Positions 19,380 to 26,217 of a stretch of 64,000 nucleotides of DNA are shown here, piece after piece; position 1 is the stretch's first letter, and each line of letters opens with the position of its first letter. The translations under genes were made by a program, and so were the position numbers. The notes beneath the pieces were generated by a model. That model did no database searches. It was given only the letters and a program-made list of their open reading frames with translations, and was not told the DNA's origin. The stretch comes from an uncultured Kiritimatiellota bacterium (lineage in GTDB: Bacteria; Verrucomicrobiota; Kiritimatiellia; RFP12; DVOR01): the NCBI GenBank assembly GCA_944389945.1, contig CALXOF010000010.1:3219-67218 (forward strand), written 5' to 3'.

Positions 19380-19429
19380 ATTCTATCACATCCCCCCACC
19401 CCGCGCGACTCTCCAAAGCCGCCGCACCC

Positions 19430-19822
19430 TTATACCCCAGGAGCCAACAACGAGAATGGGAAGAAGGGTAGATTGCGAAGGATGAAGAAGACAATGACGA
19501 CCACTGCAACAGTCAAACACACCCAACGATTAGTCGCCAAACGCGGCCAAATCAACAAAGCTGCCAAGAGTGCAAACGCCGGGATTAACAAAATATTATT
19601 GGAAAGCGAAGCCGGCAAATCCCCATGCACCAACGCATGCAACGCTCGCGTGTTTCCGCACCCAGGGCAATAAACCCCCGTTGCACGATGAAGCAAACAT
19701 TCCGGCATCCACATGCTTTTGCCCGGACTCCCCACATAAGCCAACACGCACATCCCCGCGAACGCCACCAACGCCAACGGCAACATCACCCATTTCGACC
19801 GCCACCACTTAGACAAACGCAT
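19430..19822 (-). CDS. DUF2752-type small membrane protein
   Basis: CLLHRATGVYCPGCGNTRALHALVHGD motif plus flanking TM helices. ATG at 19822 is preferred over the TTG at 19828. Confidence 0.65.
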   Translation of the reverse strand: MRLSKWWRSKWVMLPLALVAFAGMCVLAYVGSPGKSMWMPECLLHRATGVYCPGCGNTRALHALVHGDLPASLSNNILLIPAFALLAALLIWPRLATNRWVCLTVAVVVIVFFILRNLPFFPFSLLAPGV

Positions 19823-19860
19823 ACTCAAGCCACTCCATCAACTTAGATAGAATATAGGGT

Positions 19861-19869
19861 AATGTACCA
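19861..19869 (-). promoter_or_regulatory. Candidate extended -10 promoter (TGgTACATT) for the DUF2752-bioF-recD2 chain
   Basis: The minus strand reads AAAATGGTACATT about 40 nt upstream of the start. Confidence 0.3.
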
Positions 19870-20243
19870 TTTTCTCACACAAAACTCAAGTACACTCCTT
19901 GCCGATTGGTTCTTCGTTAAAGAGAGAGGTTTCCACGTTGGCGAAGACGAGGGATAAGGGGGAATAATCTGTGGACGTTTAACCCGTAAAACAATCAGCA
20001 TTAGCCCAGCAGAGTTCGCGCACACTGATGTCTTCGGGAAGCACGCAACGAATTCCATTACGCCCTTTGTTCCACAGGTTCTCATCACCCTACAAGTCTC
20101 CAGACTATACCTTATATAAATAAGGGCGTAATGCGACCGTTCACCCCCGCTCCATTACTCGAAACAAACACCTGTATTCAGTTGTCAAAGATCAATCGCC
20201 GGTGAGGATACTTCGTAAGCAACACCGCGCGCACCTTTGCCAA

Positions 20244-20322
20244 AGACCTGTCATGAGCATCCCCTAAAAGAATAATAATCTTTCCACATTCAGCAGAATA
20301 CGTTCTCTTCCAGACCTGTCAT
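20244..20322 (+). repeat. 11-bp direct repeat AGACCTGTCAT, two copies with starts 68 bp apart, inside the AT-rich gap
   Basis: Identical 11-mers at 20244-20254 and 20312-20322. Confidence 0.4.
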
Positions 20323-20345
20323 TTGGTGCCCCTCGTTCCGGGTAA

Positions 20346-20474
20346 ACCCTGCTCTCCATTGCGCGGGACACGGAGGCGCTCTCCAAGGAGCAGTGGGAGG
20401 CCATCCAGAAGGCTTATACCCTTGAGAACGGAAGGTTCGACGAGGAGCGGCTGGCGGATGACTTCGGCTTTTAG
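20346..20474 (+). pseudogene. Start-less 42-codon ORF fragment ending in TAG, in frame with the following 1014-codon ORF
   Basis: Open from the TAA at 20343-20345 to the TAG at 20472-20474. It has no ATG, GTG or TTG. It encodes ...LSKEQWEAIQKAYTLENGRFDEERLADDFGF*, and the next codon (GTG at 20475) is the listed ORF start. Confidence 0.5.
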
Positions 20475-23400
20475 GTGACGGATATGCTCCGGAAGAACGC
20501 GAAGGATTACCGTGTGCGCCGTCAGCCCAACACGGCGGCGGGGAGGGCTCTGCATGCCGTCGCGGCGTTCTTCGGGGCCATCGCGCGGGCCGTCCTGCGG
20601 CGGCGGAACGCGGAGGCGGTGCGGAACTTTGACGTGGGCAGTGTGCTTGAGACCTTCCTGCGGGAGGGGGAGAACATCCGTTATTCCTCGACCGTCGAGG
20701 CGGAGCGTGCGCGTGACGCGCGGACGCGTGCCACCGTGGTGGACGATGACGGGACGGAGGTGGCTTACCATGAGCGGGGCGGGCGGCGTTCGGCTGAACT
20801 GGACAGCGTCCCCAAGCACGACGGCATTGGCGAGGATGCGCTTGACGCTCTGGATGTGATGTTGCGCACGGAAGGTGACACGACAATCTACACGCGCGAA
20901 TACGGCGATGTCCTACTCGCTTTTGGGCGGTTCCGAAATCAAGTGCCGGGCTTGAATGGTAAGGGTTTCTTGCACGTCCTTGAGGAACGGACAAGTAAGG
21001 ATGGACTTTCCACGCCGGAGGCTGTCGAGGTTTTCCTGAAGGCTGTTGAAGCGGCGGTTCGCGGAAAAGAGAATAAGGCGTTACGGCAAGGGAACCGTCA
21101 TGCAATCGAACTGAATGGTTACAGAGCCATTGTCGCGGATAGTGGCGACTTCCGCGAATTCATCACGGGCTATAAGATTTTAACAAATGAAGAAAAGGAA
21201 AAACGTTCGGGTGTTGAGACGGACGCCATACGTCGATCCGAGGACTACAATCCCGCCTTTTACGACAGCTTGAGGCAGGAGGGAGCCGAACGTTTGAAAA
21301 ATAGGATAGCACAACTTCTGGCTGGAAGGCAAGTACCAAAGAGCGTTGAGGAGCTCGAACAAGAGCTCGAAGACTTGGATATCGCGCATTACAGACTGCT
21401 CAACGCACAGAAGAAGGCGAAAGAAAGCGGCGCTTCTCAAGAGGAGCTCGATGCCTTGCAGAAGGACATCGATGACAACCGGGCGAAGAAGAAGCAAGTC
21501 GCAAATGCGAAGAAGAAACTTAATCAACAGCGTGCGAAGGAGCGCAAGCTCTACGGTGACCCGAACGAGGAGCGGCGTGACCACATTTCGGATCTGTTCA
21601 CGGGGGCGCGGTTGGCTTATGACAAGCCTGACCTTCATTTCGTCGGCACGGGCGAGGGTGCACAGGTGTACGGCTGGGGGCACTATTCGAGCGCGTCTCG
21701 CGGCGTGGCGCAGGATGAGTACGCGCGGCGGTATGTGTGGGAATATAAGAGAGCGATGCGGAACTTGAAAGGCGCGGCAGTTTTCATTGGCGGCAAACCC
21801 TATAGCAATCCGGACGACCTGCGTATGGATTACGGTAGAATACAAATGGATTTTTGGAACGTATTTGACCGAAACGGACGTGGCGGTAGTGTCGTGCGCG
21901 ACGCAAACGGAGATTATGTTGTCACTGTAAACTATACTGATGGGAACAAAACCTCGACATACAACCAAGAGCTGGTCTTGTATGCGGCCGCAGACATTGT
22001 TATGGAGCTAAACCCTGAGCTTATTTTTAGCGACGATAGGTTTGGGCAGATCGCTTGGTATTTTGAGAATGGTTCTTATGAACACACGAAGCAGTCTATT
22101 CTTTCAACCATCGAGGATTTTCAAAAGAATGACGAAGAAGGAAGTTGGGTGTTTCTCGCCACCGAACTTTTGAACGGTCCATTAAAGAGCAAGAAAGAGT
22201 TTGAGACATTCGTCAAAAAGCTCACAGAGAAAACCAATAACCCCAAGCCGAACCTCCCTCTTCCTGCTGTGATGAGGCAGACGTGGTGGACGCACCGACC
22301 TGCGGGTGACGAGAGTCACCTGCTGAATTGGTTTGAGGACATCAGCGAGGAGAACTTCCAGAGCGTGGCGATGGCGGCGAAGGATGCCGGGGCGACGGAG
22401 GCGGAGCTTGATGACTTGGGCGATTCTGTCCGGACGGGCGGGGATGCTTACGAGTGGCTTGGGCGCTTTTTCGAGAAGAAGGGGATGACCAAGGGCGAGG
22501 CCAAGAAGGCGGCAAGCGAGGCGCTGTACGCGCACGACATCGATGGCGTGAAGTATCCGGTGGCGGCGTTCCATAACCCGGCGAATCAGGACGGGCGGAA
22601 GGGCTGGAACTATGTGGCGTTCAGCGATGAACATCTGCGGGTGGATCATGTGTATGAGTACAACCCGGAGACGGATGATTTTGAGCGGAAGTGGCATGAG
22701 ACGCGCGGGGCGGGGTCTCGGTTTACGGAGACGCCGTTGGGGCAGGAGTTGGTGGCGCACGCGTTCGATGTGCTGATTGGGGTGGACGCGGATTTGCTGT
22801 TGCGTCCGTGGCACTACGGGAACAAGGCTGACCCGTTCAAGGGGTTGGTGACGGCGGGGCTTGGGCGCGAGGTGAATCCGGTTGAGCCGAAGGGTTTTGC
22901 GGCGGAGGTGTCGGCGCGGATTTCGCGGTTCGGGACGCGTGAGGGTGACCCGACGTTGCGTGAGATTCGGGCGCGTTGCGGGAGCAAGGAGCGTTTCTAC
23001 GAGGTGCTGGGGGCCGTGTTTGAGGCGGCGGTGGGGCTGAAGTTGGGTGTTCAGGATGTGATCACCCAGCGTGAGTTTGGGACGATGGAGAAGCGGATGC
23101 CTCTGTATGCGTGGGTGATTCGGCACAATGCGCAGGCGCGTGCGACGGCGTTGGGTCGGAAGGCGTATATCATGGGGCGTGCGTTTGCGGAGCGGTTGCA
23201 CCGGGAGGCGCTGGCGGAGGCGCGGGCCGAGGTGGAGCGGCAACGGGCGAAGGCGAGCGAGGCGCGTGCGCAGACGCGTGAGGCGAAGGCGCAGACGCGG
23301 AACGCGGAGCGGCGTGAGGAGACGGCGCGGATCAAACTGAAGAAGGCGGAGTTCTCGGCGGCGGAGGCGGACTTCATTGCGCGGTGGAGGCTGGCGGAGG

Positions 23401-23519
23401 AGCGTGCGATTTCGCGGATGCGGCGCACCTGTAACAAAAGTGAATGTATAAAGGGTCGAAAAGGCCCTGTAAAGGGGTGCTGGCGAGACCCTATAGTGGT
23501 CCGAGGTCAACCACTATAG
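20475..23519 (+). CDS. Large orphan protein resembling phage/conjugative-element polyvalent proteins; possibly a gene relic
   Basis: Residues ~130-235 (GKGFLHVLEERTSKDG...NGYRAIVADSGDFREFITGYKI) resemble the small Barnase/EndoU/RelE-like nuclease modules of polyvalent proteins. Residues 240-360 form a K/E coiled coil. FVGTGEGAQVYGWGHYSSASRGVAQDEYARRY and GGDAYEWL...EALYAHDIDGVKYPV...GWNYVAFSDEHL match modules I recall from such proteins. The stop TAG lies inside repeat locus B. Confidence 0.6.
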   Translation: MTDMLRKNAKDYRVRRQPNTAAGRALHAVAAFFGAIARAVLRRRNAEAVRNFDVGSVLETFLREGENIRYSSTVEAERARDARTRATVVDDDGTEVAYHERGGRRSAELDSVPKHDGIGEDALDALDVMLRTEGDTTIYTREYGDVLLAFGRFRNQVPGLNGKGFLHVLEERTSKDGLSTPEAVEVFLKAVEAAVRGKENKALRQGNRHAIELNGYRAIVADSGDFREFITGYKILTNEEKEKRSGVETDAIRRSEDYNPAFYDSLRQEGAERLKNRIAQLLAGRQVPKSVEELEQELEDLDIAHYRLLNAQKKAKESGASQEELDALQKDIDDNRAKKKQVANAKKKLNQQRAKERKLYGDPNEERRDHISDLFTGARLAYDKPDLHFVGTGEGAQVYGWGHYSSASRGVAQDEYARRYVWEYKRAMRNLKGAAVFIGGKPYSNPDDLRMDYGRIQMDFWNVFDRNGRGGSVVRDANGDYVVTVNYTDGNKTSTYNQELVLYAAADIVMELNPELIFSDDRFGQIAWYFENGSYEHTKQSILSTIEDFQKNDEEGSWVFLATELLNGPLKSKKEFETFVKKLTEKTNNPKPNLPLPAVMRQTWWTHRPAGDESHLLNWFEDISEENFQSVAMAAKDAGATEAELDDLGDSVRTGGDAYEWLGRFFEKKGMTKGEAKKAASEALYAHDIDGVKYPVAAFHNPANQDGRKGWNYVAFSDEHLRVDHVYEYNPETDDFERKWHETRGAGSRFTETPLGQELVAHAFDVLIGVDADLLLRPWHYGNKADPFKGLVTAGLGREVNPVEPKGFAAEVSARISRFGTREGDPTLREIRARCGSKERFYEVLGAVFEAAVGLKLGVQDVITQREFGTMEKRMPLYAWVIRHNAQARATALGRKAYIMGRAFAERLHREALAEARAEVERQRAKASEARAQTREAKAQTRNAERREETARIKLKKAEFSAAEADFIARWRLAEERAISRMRRTCNKSECIKGRKGPVKGCWRDPIVVRGQPL

Positions 23520-23573
23520 GGGTCGGGGTCGAGACCCTATAGTGGTCGAAGGTCAACCACTATAGGGTCCGAG
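23463..23573. repeat. Palindromic intergenic element, locus B (P1 + 4xP3 as a tandem ~45-nt duplication)
   Basis: GGCCCTGTAAAGGGG, then [GAGACCCTATAGTGGTC-CGAG-GTCAACCACTATAGGGGTC] and [GAGACCCTATAGTGGTC-GAAG-GTCAACCACTATAGGGTC]. Confidence 0.85.
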
Positions 23574-23582
23574 AAGAGGGGT

Positions 23583-24518
23583 TCAAAGGTAGGGCGTGAA
23601 GTCCTGAGGGAAGGGTGCCTGGAAGTCGAGGGGAAGGCCGGTGATGGGATGCTTGAGGAGGAGGCGCCGGGCGTGGAGGAGTTGGCGGGCGGGGGGATTG
23701 GGAAGGCGATTGTCGAGGGCGGGTTTCCCATAGAGCGCGTCGCCAACGATGGGGGTGCCGAGGGAGGCGAGGTGGACGCGGATTTGGTGAGTGCGGCCGG
23801 TCTCGATGTCGCATTCCACACGGGAAAGTCCATTGGGGAGGGAGGCAAGCACCTTCCAGTGGGTGATGGCACGTTTGCCGCCGGAACGTAACACGGCCAT
23901 CTTTTGGCGGTTGGCGGGGCTGCGGCCAATCAACGTATCGAGCGTGCCGGAAGGAGGCGGGGTGCCATGGACGATAGCGACGTAGGTCTTGCGAAGGTCA
24001 TGGACGGCGAAAGCCTGGGCGAGCGCCTGATAGGCTTGGTCGTTCTTGGCAACGACCATAACGCCGGAGGTGTCCATGTCCAGACGATGGACAATCCCGG
24101 GGCGCTTCTCACCGCCAATACCACGCAAATCCGGACAATGCCAGAGGAGCGCATTGACCAAAGTGCCATGACTATGGCCACAAGCGGGGTGGACGACCAG
24201 TCCGGCAGGTTTGTCGAGGGCCAAAAGGTCGTCGTCTTCGTAGAGGATAGAGAGGGGGATGTCCTCGGGGATGAGGTCAGTGGGCTCGGCGGGCGGGAGG
24301 GTGAGGATGAAGGTGGCACCGGGGATGGGTGCGGAGGAGAGTTTCGGCGCGGGGCGCCCCTCAAGGTCGGTGAGGAGGCCTTGCTTGGCGAGGGCTTGAA
24401 TACGCGTGCGCGTGAGCTCGGGCAGGCGGTGGGCAAGCCATTGGTCAAGCCGTCGCTCGGAAGCACCCCCTTCGACAGTAAGGGTGAAGGATTCCAGTTC
24501 CTCGGACGGTTCAGTCAT
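23583..24518 (-). CDS. rluD: 23S rRNA pseudouridine synthase, RluD-type (S4 domain + RluA family)
   Basis: S4-like N-terminus (RLDQWLAHRLPELTRTRIQALAKQGLL). Catalytic HRLDMDTSGVMVVAK. The start at 24518 overlaps the truA stop by 8 nt (ATGACTGA). Confidence 0.8.
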   Translation of the reverse strand: MTEPSEELESFTLTVEGGASERRLDQWLAHRLPELTRTRIQALAKQGLLTDLEGRPAPKLSSAPIPGATFILTLPPAEPTDLIPEDIPLSILYEDDDLLALDKPAGLVVHPACGHSHGTLVNALLWHCPDLRGIGGEKRPGIVHRLDMDTSGVMVVAKNDQAYQALAQAFAVHDLRKTYVAIVHGTPPPSGTLDTLIGRSPANRQKMAVLRSGGKRAITHWKVLASLPNGLSRVECDIETGRTHQIRVHLASLGTPIVGDALYGKPALDNRLPNPPARQLLHARRLLLKHPITGLPLDFQAPFPQDFTPYL

Positions 24519-25278
24519 ACCACACCTGCCAAAGGAAGAGTCCGCAGGCGGGAGCGGAAGGAACACGAGCCGTGCGGGGATTCCCCGGCGCGAGCAAGGC
24601 ATCGACGGCCTCGGGCGGCTCTTGACCGGCACCGACGCGCAACAAGAAGCCGACAAGGCTACGGACCATCTTATAAAGGAAGCCGTTGCCTTGAACACGG
24701 AAGCAGATGCGCGAGCCGCGTTTGGTCACGTCGAAAGCATAGATGGTGCGGACCGTGGAGGCGATGGGACGGTTCGGGTTCGCGGTGAAGGCGGCAAAGT
24801 CGTGCTCGCCCACAAAGCGTTTGGCGGCCGCGCGCATGGCCGCGATGTCGAGCGGGCGGACGATGTGGGCATGATAGAGCCGCTTGGTGGGGGGCATCAA
24901 ACGGGTGTTCCAGACGTAATAGCGATATTCTTTGTGGTGGGCGGAGAAACGCGCATGGAAGTCCGGCCCGACCTCTTTGCAGGAGAGGATGCGGATATCC
25001 GGAGGCAGGCGGCCATTGGCGTTAAGGGCCATCTTGAGGCTGCGCTCGGTCATGCGGGTGACGAGGTCGCAATGGAAGACCTGCCCGCGGGCGTGAACCC
25101 CATGATCGGTGCGGCCGCTGGCGTGAATATCAACGTGCGGGGCTTTGACGATGTCGGCGAGAACCTGCTCAATCGTCTCTTGCAGGCTGACGTAGCCGGG
25201 CTGGGTCTGCCAACCGAAATAGGCCGTGCCGTCATAGGCGCAGACCATCTTGAAGCGTCTGGGGGAAAGTGTGTCCAT
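24511..25278 (-). CDS. truA: tRNA pseudouridine(38-40) synthase
   Basis: FKMVCAYDGTAYFGWQTQPG and SGRTDHGVHARGQV catalytic-Asp motif. Confidence 0.9.
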   Translation of the reverse strand: MDTLSPRRFKMVCAYDGTAYFGWQTQPGYVSLQETIEQVLADIVKAPHVDIHASGRTDHGVHARGQVFHCDLVTRMTERSLKMALNANGRLPPDIRILSCKEVGPDFHARFSAHHKEYRYYVWNTRLMPPTKRLYHAHIVRPLDIAAMRAAAKRFVGEHDFAAFTANPNRPIASTVRTIYAFDVTKRGSRICFRVQGNGFLYKMVRSLVGFLLRVGAGQEPPEAVDALLAPGNPRTARVPSAPACGLFLWQVWYD

Positions 25279-25281
25279 GGG

Positions 25282-26217
25282 TCAGCAGACGACGCAACGG
25301 GCGACGAGAGCGCGGAGGTCGTCGGTGGGGGGCGCGAGGAAGTGAAGCGGCGCACCGGTGAGCGGATGGGTGCAATCGATGGTGCGGGCGTGAAGAAAGT
25401 GCCTGGGGAAACCCTCGATGGCGGGGCCACCGTAACGAGCGTCGCCAAGAATGGGAAGTCCGGCAAAGGAGAGTTGGGCGCGAATCTGATGGGTCACACC
25501 AGTGCGGATGGTGACGTCTAGGAGCGTGCAAGGACAATCGCCGAGGCGAAGGTGCTTGAGCGGACGATAATCGGTGACGGCACGCATGGGGCGCTTGGCA
25601 TCGCGCCACTTCTCGGCATCGATCATTCGGCCTGGGGCGCGAGGATTGTGTGCCAAGAGGTTTTCAAGTCGGGCGGGCGCACGCACTTCTCCGGCAACGA
25701 GGGCGAGGTAACGCTTGACGACGGTGCGGGCGGCGAACTGCGCACGGAGCGCAAGATAGGCGGCTTGAGTGCGAGCGGCCAGCACCAGGCCAGAGGTGTC
25801 ACGGTCTATGCGATGAAGCACACCGCAGGTCAACGGGCTGTCCCCCACCCCAGCGACTTCCGGGAAATGCGCGAGGAGCGCATTGGCGAGAGTATCCTGC
25901 TCGGCGGGGTCGTTGGGCTGGCAATTCATACCGGCCGGTTTGCGCAAGGCAATGAGGGCATCATCCTGCCATAGGATGTCTAGGTGAAGGGCGCGGTTGG
26001 GGAGGGGCTTGTCCGGCGCGGAGGGTTCCCACCCCAAGACATAGGGTTCACCCAAACGGACGGTCTCCCCCTTAGCACACGGGCGGCCGCGGAGAGTGAG
26101 GGCGCCTTTGGTAAGGGCCCTGCGGACATCGGCATGGGAGAGAGCCGGATAGCGTAGGGAGAGCCACGCATCAATGCGCAGACCTTCCTCTTCCGGTTTT
26201 GGGATCAACTCACGCAT
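25282..26217 (-). CDS. RluA-family pseudouridine synthase (second copy, with S4-like N-terminus)
   Basis: HRIDRDTSGLVLAAR catalytic motif. TGVTHQIRAQL. The start at 26217 overlaps the upstream stop by 8 nt (ATGCGTGA). Confidence 0.8.
   Translation of the reverse strand: MRELIPKPEEEGLRIDAWLSLRYPALSHADVRRALTKGALTLRGRPCAKGETVRLGEPYVLGWEPSAPDKPLPNRALHLDILWQDDALIALRKPAGMNCQPNDPAEQDTLANALLAHFPEVAGVGDSPLTCGVLHRIDRDTSGLVLAARTQAAYLALRAQFAARTVVKRYLALVAGEVRAPARLENLLAHNPRAPGRMIDAEKWRDAKRPMRAVTDYRPLKHLRLGDCPCTLLDVTIRTGVTHQIRAQLSFAGLPILGDARYGGPAIEGFPRHFLHARTIDCTHPLTGAPLHFLAPPTDDLRALVARCVVC

Noticed and set aside
19843-20088. 81-aa minus-strand ORF in the AT-rich gap.
   Set aside because: It has no SD, odd composition and no recognisable motif. 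In AT-rich spacers an ORF of this size is expected by chance. It is kept only as part of the gap finding.
20290-21105. 271-aa minus-strand ORF overlapping the 5' end of the orphan giant ORF.
   Set aside because: The translation is a Pro/Arg/Ala-rich low-complexity string with no motif or SD. The plus-strand frame carries recognisable modules and runs uninterrupted for 3 kb.
23443-23453. An 11-mer, AATGTATAAAG, shared between 23443-23453 and 54602-54612.
   Set aside because: Hundreds of 11-mer coincidences are expected by chance among all position pairs in a 64-kb window, and no similarity extends beyond the 11-mer.
23485-23569. The repeat clusters (all seven loci) as CRISPR arrays.
   Set aside because: Units are 15-17 nt, separated by only 4-9 nt of G-rich spacer, alternate in orientation, and are dispersed as 1-4 copies per locus. 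No cas genes are present.
19829-23573. An intact prophage, ICE or genomic island around the polyvalent-like ORF.
   Set aside because: There is no integrase, recombinase, relaxase, structural phage gene or tRNA attachment site in or next to the region. Only one ORF plus a fragment remain, so it is reported as an orphan or relic rather than a mobile element.
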